Of a DNA stretch of 47,644 nt, positions 39,535 to 47,644 are shown in pieces. Positions within the stretch are counted from its first letter, which is position 1. Every line of letters begins with the position of its first letter. The position numbers and the translations under genes were made by a program. Origin of the DNA: Bacillota bacterium (GTDB taxonomy: Bacteria > Bacillota > Sulfobacillia > RBS10-35 > JAJYVN01); NCBI GenBank assembly GCA_021791995.1, contig JAJYVN010000002.1:1-47644 (forward strand), written 5' to 3'. The notes beneath the pieces are model-generated. The model saw only the letters and a program-made list of their open reading frames with translations. It searched no databases and had not been told where the DNA came from.

Positions 39535-41139
39535 CTACCACCGCACTGACGGGCGCCCGCCCTTGGTCACGATCAAGGTGGCCCACATGCCGGACGCCTC
39601 ATGGCCAGGGACAAGGGACGTGATGCGATACGTCCCCACCGCGGTCGGAACGAATGTGAACGACCTGACTGCACCCTTACGCAGACCATACTTCAGATCC
39701 TTGAGCGGTGTGCCGGCGCCGGGGAAGGCCACGGTGCTGGAACCCGGACGGACGACGGCAAGAGAATTCGGCAGGGTCGAACGATTCTCCAAGGTTATCT
39801 GGACGAGCCAGTGTAGAGGCACGCGCACTGATAGGAAGCCATGGGCGGTACCATCCAAGTCGAAACCGCCGTTTTTCAAACCGGCGATCATGGTCAATCG
39901 CATCAGGTGCTGCGCCGCGTCGACATGGAAGTAAGATGCTACGGACCCGGCGACGCTAGTTGACGCACTAGTAGGACGCGTGGCACCAGAGCGTTTATTC
40001 AAGACCCGGCGTACCTGAATGGCGAGTTCCGTAGGCGTAAGCCAACCGTCGTGTGAACCGACGACCTTCCCGTTGGCCGATACCACCGCAAACCATGGCA
40101 GATCCTGTACGCCATAGCCGTCCGCCACTCGTCCGGCGGTATCCAAGGCGATGGGGTACATAGGAGCCGGTAGCGAACGGGCATATGAGCGTACGGCTTG
40201 ACTGCTGACCTCTGTGGGAAGCTCGTCCACGGCCACGAGCGGTGGCAAGCCATCCCGCTTGGCCAGTGAGACGTAGTCATTGAGCCCGGCCAATTGGCTC
40301 CTGAGATTTGATGTCTGCGAGAGCCAAGTCGCAAAAAACAAGACAACGCGTGGTCTGCCCGGTTGGAGGCGTACTGGCAGAGAGTTTACGGCCGCAAGTG
40401 ATGCCGCACGGTTCGGCTCAATACCGGGCACGGTGGTATAGGAGAGATCGCTGTGGACCTTGGGATGCGAGGGGAGCAGGCGGGATGCCTCCTCCGCGAG
40501 GATTTGGGCCTGCTGATTGATCGCAGCATAGGCCATCTGCGTCATGTAAATGCGCCGTTCACGGCCACGTGTGTCGAGGACATATAACGCCGGCGTGTGG
40601 TCGATGAGTCCGTGGACAACCTGCACGTAGATGCCGTATGCCCTCCACACCGCTGCCAACTGGCGGGGTGTGCCGGTGAGAAACGTCCAGTCGTGCATAA
40701 GGCCATGGGACTCCGAATACGCCCGCACGTCCGCTACAGAGGTCGCCTGCGGGTTGGCGTCCACCCCCACCAACGCCACGCGCCGTCCTGCAGCTCCCAG
40801 CATGCGGCGGGCCAAGGACATGCTGGCGGTGGTCAGCGGGCAGATAGTTGTGCACTGGGAGTCTACAAAGGCCATGATGACCACGCGCCCGCGGAACGCC
40901 GATAACGACACCTTACGACCAAACTGATCCACAAGGGTGAAGCTGGGCGCTACCTTGTGAGGAAGTGAGCTACCGGGATCCAGATCAGGGTTGGACGCCA
41001 AGGCCGAGGGTGTCGCTGACGTGACGGCGACATTTGTTAACCGGCTTCGAAGGGCGATCGTGAAGATGCCCCCGGCGACGAATACCACGGCCACAACCAC
41101 CCAGAGCATCCAAAGTAAGCGCCTCAGGTGCAAACCCAT
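39535..41139 (-). CDS. SCO1/SenC-like domain, a degenerate thioredoxin-like domain and a cupredoxin-like domain (534 aa)
   Basis: The SCO motif is FVDSQCTTICP with LIDHTPALYVLDTRG. The second domain reads VVLFFATWLSQTS (no Cys). The C-terminal beta-rich domain ends GTYRITSLVPGHEASGMWATLIV, cupredoxin-like but with Ser where the Cys ligand is expected. Confidence 0.7.
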   Translation of the reverse strand: MGLHLRRLLWMLWVVVAVVFVAGGIFTIALRSRLTNVAVTSATPSALASNPDLDPGSSLPHKVAPSFTLVDQFGRKVSLSAFRGRVVIMAFVDSQCTTICPLTTASMSLARRMLGAAGRRVALVGVDANPQATSVADVRAYSESHGLMHDWTFLTGTPRQLAAVWRAYGIYVQVVHGLIDHTPALYVLDTRGRERRIYMTQMAYAAINQQAQILAEEASRLLPSHPKVHSDLSYTTVPGIEPNRAASLAAVNSLPVRLQPGRPRVVLFFATWLSQTSNLRSQLAGLNDYVSLAKRDGLPPLVAVDELPTEVSSQAVRSYARSLPAPMYPIALDTAGRVADGYGVQDLPWFAVVSANGKVVGSHDGWLTPTELAIQVRRVLNKRSGATRPTSASTSVAGSVASYFHVDAAQHLMRLTMIAGLKNGGFDLDGTAHGFLSVRVPLHWLVQITLENRSTLPNSLAVVRPGSSTVAFPGAGTPLKDLKYGLRKGAVRSFTFVPTAVGTYRITSLVPGHEASGMWATLIVTKGGRPSVRW

Positions 41140-41449
41140 CCCTTTCCGCGATACGGGGGGCCCGGTGAATCACCGTCTGAGATCTACGTGACGAGTCGTC
41201 GTCATCGAGAGCGACCCTTCGCCTTTGGCGCCGCGGCTCATCAGGGCATCACGGTTCGAGTGTAGGATCCTTGCGTGAATCTCCGATGTTGCTCGGATGA
41301 AGTTTCGGTAAAGGGTGTCAACGCCGGTTTTGAACTGACCCACTGGAGTCGGTTGGGAATTGACCCGCCCCTGGATCACGGTAGCGAGTGACTCTATGGG
41401 GCAAGGGGCCGTGGGGGGCCCGGGCCCCCCACGGCCGGCACGGCGCCGG

Positions 41450-42229
41450 TCATCGGTTGTCCCCCTCTCGCGGCGGCGGGCCAAGGGTGCCTGCCCGCCG
41501 CTTCTCCCGCAGTCGGTAGCTCTCGCCCCGGATGTTCACCACGTGGCTGTGGTGCAGTAACCGGTCCAAGATCGCCGTGGCCACCACCGAGTCCCCCAGC
41601 ACCTCGCCCCACTCGGCGAAGCCCTTGTTGGACGTCAGGACAATGCTCCCACGCTCGTACCGGGCGCTCACCAAGGTGAACAAGGCCGTCGCCGCCACAC
41701 GGTCGCATGGCCACACCCCGAACTCGTCAATCACAAGTACCTTGGGCGCCAGGTACACCCGCATCCGCCGCTCCAGTCGGTGCTCCACCTGCGCCCGCGA
41801 CAGGTCCTCCAACAGATCGTGGGCCCGCACGAAGTACACTCCATGGCCTTGCTCGATCGCCCGCAGCCCCAGAGCCGTCGCTAGGTGGGTCTTGCCCACT
41901 CCCGGCGGCCCCAGGAACAGCACGTTGGATGCCTCCGTCACAAACGCTAGGCTGGTCAGTTCCCGGATCTGCCGCTCGTCGATCGACGGCTGGAACGCGA
42001 AGTCGAAGTCCTCTAACGTGCGCCGATAGGGCAAGTGGGCAAGCCGGGTGCGGGTCCGCAGGTATCTCTCCCGTCGGGCGGTCATCTCCACCTGCAGAAG
42101 CTCCGCCAGAAACTCGGGGTAGACCATCTCTTTGCGGGCCGCAGTCTCCACCAAGCCGTCCAGCGCCATGGCCGCCTGGGTCAGACCCAAGTGCTCGAGC
42201 GATACCCGGCAGCGCTCAAGGTCGATCAC
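41450..42229 (-). CDS. istB: IS21-family helper ATPase IstB (259 aa)
   Basis: Walker A is LFLGPPGVGKTHLATALG and Walker B is LVIDEFG. The GTG start overlaps the istA stop (GTGA). Confidence 0.9.
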   Translation of the reverse strand: MIDLERCRVSLEHLGLTQAAMALDGLVETAARKEMVYPEFLAELLQVEMTARRERYLRTRTRLAHLPYRRTLEDFDFAFQPSIDERQIRELTSLAFVTEASNVLFLGPPGVGKTHLATALGLRAIEQGHGVYFVRAHDLLEDLSRAQVEHRLERRMRVYLAPKVLVIDEFGVWPCDRVAATALFTLVSARYERGSIVLTSNKGFAEWGEVLGDSVVATAILDRLLHHSHVVNIRGESYRLREKRRAGTLGPPPREGDNR

Positions 42230-43440
42230 GACACCACCCCCGCCAAGGCCTCGTACACAGCAAGCGGGCGCCTCTCCACGGTCACGTCGGCGACCTGTAC
42301 GGCCAGGGCCTCTCGCCGTGGTCGGCCATCGCCTTGCCTAAGACCCGTCCACTGGCCGGGAACCCTAAGCCGTTGCCCTGGGCGGCTGGCGTGGGGGTGT
42401 ACCGCTATCCGCTCGCCCTCGGCCCAGATCGTGATCACGTCAGCCTTGGGCTCCAGCTGCACCGATGTGCCGGCCCACCGCCAAGGCACGCCGTACCACG
42501 CCCTCTGCCACTGCACAAAGCCGTCGCGTCCCACCTGGCGGTCTTCGCGCACCAAGTCCGCCACGCGACTCGCCGGCGGGACGGCACCCAACATCGCCCG
42601 TTCCCTCAGAAGCTGGTCCCCGGGTCGCTCCAAGGTGGTGCCGTGGACCCGCATATCGGCGACCGAGATACACCACTCCATGGCCTGGCGATTGAGTTCC
42701 CCGAGGTCTGTGAACCGGGCACTGGGCCAGAAGTTGTTTCGGACGTACTTGACCCCGCTCTCCACCCGTCCCTTGGTCTGGGCCCGGTAGGGACGGCACA
42801 GCCGGATCTCCATGCCCACCCGACGGGCGAAGTCCAGGAACTTGGGGTTGAGCACCACCTCGCCGGCGTCGTCGCGGCCTAGGACCACGACCTTGGCGTT
42901 GTCATAGAGGCCGACCTTGGGGACACCGCCGAAGTGGGCAAACGCGTTCAGGTGGCAGCGGATGAACGATGCCGAGTCGGCCTTCTCGATGAACTCGACG
43001 TAGATGGCGCGCGACCAGCTCAGCACCATGACGAAGGCCCAGATGGACCGGGTGCGGCCATCCGGGGTCTGGTAGCGGAAGAACCCGAAATCGACCTGGG
43101 CCTGTTCGCCGGGCTGGGTCTCGAAGCGGCGTGTTGCCTTGGGCTCGAGCGGCCGGCGCAGGGGCTGCACGAACTCCTTGAGGATCGTACGTCCGCCGGC
43201 ATAGCCCATGGCCCGGATCTCCCGCAGCAGCACCTCGCAATTCTCAAGCCCCTCGGCCAGGCGGCCCTCGATGTAGGGCTTGTAGGGGTCGATCTGCGAC
43301 GGCCGCCGTGGCCGGGACTTCGGCTTGGGCACGCCATCGGCTCGCAGGTAGCGGCGTACGGTGTTTCTGGCAACGCTCAGTTCCCTTGCGATGGCTCGGA
43401 TCGACCTTCCCTGGCCGTGCATCTCGTACAATCGACGCAT
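42226..43440 (-). CDS. istA: IS21-family transposase IstA (about 404 aa)
   Basis: The N-terminal HTH is GRSIRAIARELSVARNTVRRYL. The DDE region includes QVDFGFFRY, YDNAKVVV and KGRVESGVKYV. ATG 43440 follows AGGAGGTGG. Confidence 0.9.
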   Translation of the reverse strand: MRRLYEMHGQGRSIRAIARELSVARNTVRRYLRADGVPKPKSRPRRPSQIDPYKPYIEGRLAEGLENCEVLLREIRAMGYAGGRTILKEFVQPLRRPLEPKATRRFETQPGEQAQVDFGFFRYQTPDGRTRSIWAFVMVLSWSRAIYVEFIEKADSASFIRCHLNAFAHFGGVPKVGLYDNAKVVVLGRDDAGEVVLNPKFLDFARRVGMEIRLCRPYRAQTKGRVESGVKYVRNNFWPSARFTDLGELNRQAMEWCISVADMRVHGTTLERPGDQLLRERAMLGAVPPASRVADLVREDRQVGRDGFVQWQRAWYGVPWRWAGTSVQLEPKADVITIWAEGERIAVHPHASRPGQRLRVPGQWTGLRQGDGRPRREALAVQVADVTVERRPLAVYEALAGVVS

Positions 43441-43980
43441 TGGCCCACCTCCTAGCAAGTGCACACCTCCCGAATCCTGGCAGGGATCCGGAGGGGTACT
43501 TCGTCGGGGGTGGGTCAATTCATACCCGGCGCACGTGGGTCAGTTTACCGGTGGCGGTAACAAGGGCACCTCGAAACGAAGGCGACGCCTCCACGGGACT
43601 TCTTCCGCTCCACCGGTTCAACCATGCGTAGCCTGCCTGTATGGCGTGGACCACAGCCCGTCAACCAGGTTATACGCTGCTGGCCCGGGGCCCCTGTTGT
43701 CCGTCCTGATGGGGCGTAAGCGGTAACGGTTCTCTTGGGCGCAGTACCCAAACCTCTGTAGCAAGCCACGTGATAAGGGCCAAGGGGACGGCCCCGCCCG
43801 GATCGGTGCGAGGATGAAGTTCGTGTGAAGCCGACCGAGGGACACGTCCAAATACGGCAGCACTCTCCAGCGCCCTGCCTTCCCTGGAAACTCTGCCAGC
43901 TTCTCTCGTAGGGAGCTGTTCACCACACGGCACGCCCGTCCCACCGCCGCCAAGGTCAAGGCGAAACGCTGCCGCTCGCT

Positions 43981-44691
43981 CTACGTCCATCCACGACCAG
44001 CGAGCAATCCGCCTGGCCCGGATAGCCAGTACCACACTACATACATCCCCGAGGCCAGAACAAACACGCCGCCAACGCGTTCGATGTACGGTAGGATCTG
44101 GCGAATGCGTACCGTCATCATCTGGCGAGCACTGACGGTGAGCACGCTGACAGCATTCACCACCGCGCCAAGCCCCGCACCATACGTGAGCAGTACGAAC
44201 AGCGTACCGACGGGCGAGTGCGCCATGACCGTCTGCAGTACCAATGAGAGAAATAGTGGTAAGCTGCAACTTAGGCACGCGATGCCGTAGACAACTCCAT
44301 AGCCGTACACGCCGAGTTGGCGCCCGTCGCTCATGTGCCCAACAAGCGGGATGCCCCGTAGTTCGATGCCCCCAAGCCTTCCCCTCACGACGCCGATCGC
44401 TCCCCAGGTTGCCATGAGCAGCCCGACGGCCACCGCCGCCCACGGGATGACAGCGATGAAAGTGGTCGCCAGGATATTAATGAGAACCGCAGCTATGCCA
44501 AAGAGCGCCATAAAGCCCGCCGTGATCCGGATTCCCGTGCCGAGGCTTTTGAATGCGGTCGATCCACCGGTTCCGGCGTCGGTATCCAATACCATGCCGA
44601 TATAGGATGGCAACATGCCGATGCCGCATGGGCTGAGCCCAGCCAGCGTCCCGGTACCAAAGGCAAGGCCGTAGAGGGGCCACAGAGTCAA
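43981..44691 (-). CDS. ccdA: Cytochrome c biogenesis thiol-disulfide transporter CcdA/DsbD-family (236 aa)
   Basis: Six hydrophobic helices with the two conserved Cys helices (LAGLSPCGIGMLPSY; GIACLSCSLPLF). TTG start follows GAAGGAGGAGGAAGG. Confidence 0.85.
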   Translation of the reverse strand: MTLWPLYGLAFGTGTLAGLSPCGIGMLPSYIGMVLDTDAGTGGSTAFKSLGTGIRITAGFMALFGIAAVLINILATTFIAVIPWAAVAVGLLMATWGAIGVVRGRLGGIELRGIPLVGHMSDGRQLGVYGYGVVYGIACLSCSLPLFLSLVLQTVMAHSPVGTLFVLLTYGAGLGAVVNAVSVLTVSARQMMTVRIRQILPYIERVGGVFVLASGMYVVWYWLSGPGGLLAGRGWT

Positions 44692-44706
44692 GACCTTCCT
44701 CCTCCT

Positions 44707-45360
44707 TCAGACGCGCAAGCCACCGAATCGACGCAGCGTCCACCAGGCCGCACCCAGGAGGTCCACTCCCCCAAGGGCTCCGAGGGCTACGGCCACCACC
44801 GCCCGATCCACGGAAATGGAACTCGAAAGCGCGATGGGAATGAATAGCTGCGTGCCCTGGGCCACGTTTTCAGCGGCAAACACGCGAAGTACCCGACCAG
44901 CAAGTCGTGTGCGGCCTGCATAGGTGAAGGGTCCGAGGGCATTCCCTGACGGGTATGCGCCCCCACCCACGAAGAGAGTAACCCTCTCGATCGCAGCCGA
45001 TGCCGTTTCCTGCAGCAGATACGGCGTGCTGGCCCGCGAGATCACATTCAGCACCAAGGAAACCGGCCGGCCGTCGACCCATACGCCATCCTGGGTCATG
45101 CTCACCGGTACTCGGGGGTGCAAGACCTGCACCGAGGTAAACCCTTGCGGGAGGGCGACGAATTCACGCTGTCCCGGCGGAAGCCTCGTCCACGTGAGGT
45201 CCACGAGCGTATGCACCGAACGTCCAGCCGGCACTATCACAATGGTCTCCGACCCGATGACTCCCGCGGCATCGGTGGCCGCCCAGGCCTCCCCCGGCAC
45301 AAGCAGCGCCAACCCGGCCAGCAAACCAGCAACGAGAGCGCAGAGCCCGCGTAGGCTCAT
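44707..45360 (-). CDS. Secreted or membrane-anchored hypothetical protein (217 aa)
   Basis: Signal peptide (LLAGLALLVPGEAWA) and a C-terminal hydrophobic anchor. The ATG overlaps the upstream stop (ATGA). Confidence 0.65.
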   Translation of the reverse strand: MSLRGLCALVAGLLAGLALLVPGEAWAATDAAGVIGSETIVIVPAGRSVHTLVDLTWTRLPPGQREFVALPQGFTSVQVLHPRVPVSMTQDGVWVDGRPVSLVLNVISRASTPYLLQETASAAIERVTLFVGGGAYPSGNALGPFTYAGRTRLAGRVLRVFAAENVAQGTQLFIPIALSSSISVDRAVVAVALGALGGVDLLGAAWWTLRRFGGLRV

Positions 45361-45620
45361 GCCTGTTCCTCCGGAGTATGATCGCCTTCGAGCAAGAGCC
45401 CGTAGTCTCGGGCGTCGAGTTTCCCGGTCCGCAGATCCTCGCCTGAGTCAAGACGTAGGCTCGGTGAGGCCACGTTCGACGGCTGGATGGGTTCGCGTCC
45501 GAACCACACGCGGGCCTCCGCCACAAGCCAGGCGTCCGGCACCGGACGAACCAGCGGCAAGACCACGAGGGCCACAGCGGACACGCCGAGCACGAACGCC
45601 AACAACGCCACAGCGATCAC
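45357..45620 (-). CDS. Small single-pass membrane protein coupled to ccmF (87 aa)
   Basis: GTG 45620 follows GAGGAGG and overlaps the ccmF stop (GTGA). It begins VIAVALLAFVLGVSAVALVVLPLV. No CcmH LRCxxC motif is present. Confidence 0.55.
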   Translation of the reverse strand: MIAVALLAFVLGVSAVALVVLPLVRPVPDAWLVAEARVWFGREPIQPSNVASPSLRLDSGEDLRTGKLDARDYGLLLEGDHTPEEQA

Positions 45621-47644
45621 GAAGGTACCTCCTCGCCTGCGATCAAGGGTCGACTGGCCGACGGCGCCGCTACACCTGAGGGTAGGACTGGCGGCCGTAT
45701 ACGAGGGCTCAGAACGAGGAGAAGGGCCATCGACACCACGAGCAGGAGCGCGCCGCCCCAAAACCACGTGATCAGCGGGTTCACAAAAACTTCAAGGATC
45801 GCTCGCTGCCCCTGTACTTCGTCCAGTACCACGTATAGATCGCCTGTGACGCTGTGCATGATGCCAACCCTAGCAAGGGGCGCGCTATCCCCCGGATAGA
45901 TGATGTCCTGAGGAGTGAGGGTACCCCCGGTGGCCTCGTTGATCAGATCCGCCTGCACGACGGTGTCGACGCCCACCATGCTCCGGGTCAGACCGGTATA
46001 CGTGAGCCGGTAGCCGCCCACATTCACCGCCTGACCCGCAGTTACGGCGAGCGTCGTGCGCTGCTGAAACAGCCATGACCCGGTAATGCCGATGAACATG
46101 AGGGCGAAGGCTACGTGCGCCGCGTAGCCCAGGTAGCGGTGGGCGTGCCGGACCAACATGTCTTGCGCGACTTCGCGCCCCGGGGAGCCCGCACCTCGAC
46201 GGGCCCGGATCGCGCGCACGTACTCCCCGATGTGGGCCGCAATGGCGAAGGTCGCTGCACCGAACGCGGCGACGGCGCGCCAGTCCTCGTGGCCGACGAG
46301 CCTCGGCAAGAGGCCAAGGGTCGCCAGCGCCGTCAGGAGGCCGAATGCCACCGGCCAAGCCAAGAGCCTGGGCATCTTCCCGCCGGTCGTACGGCGCCAG
46401 CCGATAGCGGTCGACATGCCCATGGTGACAAGGATCAGAGTGGCGAAAGGGCCCACGGCCGAGGTGAAGAACGATTCGGTCACCGTCATCTCCTGGCCAA
46501 GGAAGTCACGGGAGACAATGGGAAAGAGCGTCCCCCAGAGTACGGCCGCAAGCGCACCCAGGACGAATAGGTTATTGAGCAAAAAGGCGTATTCCTTGGA
46601 CACGAAGCTTTCCAGCTCGTGCTCGTCGACGAGGAGGTCCCGGTGTCGGATGATGGTAAGGAGCGTGAACGCGAGCACAGCGCCGAAGTAGATCCCGAGC
46701 GGTAAGCTCACGGGCGATTCACTGAACGTGTGGATGGACGGAAGAAAACCGCTTCGCGTGAGAAACGTCCCGAACACGGCAAGGCCGAACGCGACCCCAA
46801 CGAGCGCCATGTTCCAGAGGCGAAACGTACCTGGCCGCCGCTCCTCCACCATGCCGGAGTGGATGAGCGCGACCGACGCAAGCCACGGCATGAAGGCAGC
46901 ATTCTCCACCGGATCCCACGCCCAGTAACCGCCCCAGCCAAGCTCGGTATAGGACCAGTAGCCGCCCAGAACGAGAGCGGCACTAAGGAACGTGAAGGCC
47001 ACCAGCATCCACCGGCGGCTGAGGCGCACCCACAGGTCGTCCCGCCGCCGCGCCCACAGCGAGCCCGTGGCCCAAGCGAAGGGCACCGTGAGGCCGATGA
47101 ACCCGATGTACATGGCAGGTGGATGCACGGCCATCCACACGTTCTGGAGGAGCGGCTCAAGCCCGCTCCCGTCGTAGGGCGGGAAGGGTGTCGTGACGAA
47201 GGGCGAGACGAACACCGTCACCATGAGGAGGTAGACCGCCGTAACGCCGCTCAGGATCATCAGGGCGTACGGCACGACCGGCGCCTCGTCTGCCGGCTCA
47301 CGGGCGACGACGTAGGCGGCGTAGAGGGACAGGATCCATACCCAAAACAAGAGCGAGCCGGCGCTTCCCGACCATAGGGCGGTCAGCTTGAGGAACAGGG
47401 GCAGGTTGCGGCTTGTGTTGTCCGCCACGTCGACGAAGGAGAAGTTGCTCGTCACGAGCGCGTACTCCAAGACGCCGATGCTACCGGTAATCAGCATGGC
47501 GACGCCGAGGACAGCGCCTCTCGCCGCCCACCATGCCCGCACCGAGCGGGCGGAAATGGCGCACACCGAAAGGGCGATCGCCGCTACCGTCAAGCCGAGC
47601 GCGGCCAGAAGCAAGAGCCTTCCGATCTCAGCCGTCGCCGCCGC
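45617..47644 (-). CDS. ccmF: Cytochrome c heme lyase CcmF/NrfE-family, 5' end beyond the window
   Basis: WWD motif GWGGYWAWDPVENAAFMPWL with many TM helices. The frame is open to the window edge (AAATAEIGRLLLLAALG resembles the CcmF N-terminus), so only a few codons are missing. Confidence 0.85.
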   Translation of the reverse strand, partial: AAATAEIGRLLLLAALGLTVAAIALSVCAISARSVRAWWAARGAVLGVAMLITGSIGVLEYALVTSNFSFVDVADNTSRNLPLFLKLTALWSGSAGSLLFWVWILSLYAAYVVAREPADEAPVVPYALMILSGVTAVYLLMVTVFVSPFVTTPFPPYDGSGLEPLLQNVWMAVHPPAMYIGFIGLTVPFAWATGSLWARRRDDLWVRLSRRWMLVAFTFLSAALVLGGYWSYTELGWGGYWAWDPVENAAFMPWLASVALIHSGMVEERRPGTFRLWNMALVGVAFGLAVFGTFLTRSGFLPSIHTFSESPVSLPLGIYFGAVLAFTLLTIIRHRDLLVDEHELESFVSKEYAFLLNNLFVLGALAAVLWGTLFPIVSRDFLGQEMTVTESFFTSAVGPFATLILVTMGMSTAIGWRRTTGGKMPRLLAWPVAFGLLTALATLGLLPRLVGHEDWRAVAAFGAATFAIAAHIGEYVRAIRARRGAGSPGREVAQDMLVRHAHRYLGYAAHVAFALMFIGITGSWLFQQRTTLAVTAGQAVNVGGYRLTYTGLTRSMVGVDTVVQADLINEATGGTLTPQDIIYPGDSAPLARVGIMHSVTGDLYVVLDEVQGQRAILEVFVNPLITWFWGGALLLVVSMALLLVLSPRIRPPVLPSGVAAPSASRPLIAGEEVPS

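Larger units (their letters stand above)
41316..43562 (-). mobile_element. IS21-family insertion sequence (2247 bp) with imperfect terminal inverted repeats and a 4-bp AGGG target duplication
   Basis: The left end reads TGTCAACGCC..GGTTTTGAACTGACCCAC...GAATTGACCC. The reverse complement of the right end reads TGTTACCGCCACCGGTAAACTGACCCAC...GAATTGACCC. AGGG is present at 41312-41315 and 43563-43566. The element carries istA and istB. Confidence 0.85.

Noticed and set aside
43618-43959. 113-aa minus-strand ORF between ccdA and the IS21 element, considered as a possible gene disrupted by the IS.
   Set aside because: It ends 55 bp before the IS boundary and does not continue in frame across the restored target site. 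No motif or RBS is recognisable. It may be a remnant of another element, but I cannot support a call.

Overview
The window is GC-rich (roughly two-thirds G+C by eye, not computed). It has strong GGAGG-type ribosome-binding sites and many 4-nt start/stop overlaps (GTGA/ATGA). Nearly all convincing genes are on the minus strand. Most long plus-strand ORFs in the track are Arg/Pro/Gly-rich antisense shadows, and several minus-strand ORFs carry spurious N-terminal extensions that I trimmed using RBS position and third-position G/C. The window falls into three parts.
(1) 1 to ~24.3 kb: an ORF-poor, hairpin-rich leader comes first, then a divergent-promoter switch with an XRE repressor and an ImmA/IrrE protease. 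After that comes a ~22-kb co-directional block of about 35 small or accessory genes, typical of the establishment region of a conjugative plasmid, ICE or phage-plasmid. It contains an SNF2 helicase with a methyltransferase-fold-like partner, a MoxR ATPase with a VWA protein, DUF4262, a beta-clamp paralog, SSB, a Spo0E-like phosphatase, a macro domain, a SLOG/DUF2493 protein, zinc-finger proteins sharing a C-terminal module, HicAB, and a lower-GC HipA-kinase/HIRAN cassette. Short gaps between these genes hold a family of GC-rich hairpins.
(2) 24.3-32.5 kb is the transfer/partition core. It has a replication-relaxation family protein, a coupling-protein-like ATPase fused to a GGDEF domain, two ribbon-helix-helix proteins, ParM and an EAL phosphodiesterase. 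Two arrays of TGGCGCCA palindromes and a 15-bp iteron triplet accompany these genes.
(3) 32.7-47.6 kb is housekeeping-like. It has an MFS transporter, a sulfide-handling operon (ArsR-rhodanese, DsrE-like, SQR-like), a Met-rich lipoprotein, a ccmF remnant, two SCO/thioredoxin fusion proteins, an IS21-family element with a target-site duplication, ccdA and a 5'-truncated ccmF.
The best candidates for something undescribed are the T4CP-GGDEF fusion with the ParM-coupled EAL, the split HipA kinase whose HipS-like half is fused to HIRAN, a CHCC C-terminal module shared by three adjacent unrelated proteins, and stem-loops with identical loops but covarying stems. Family names come from motif recognition by eye only. 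No database search was possible.
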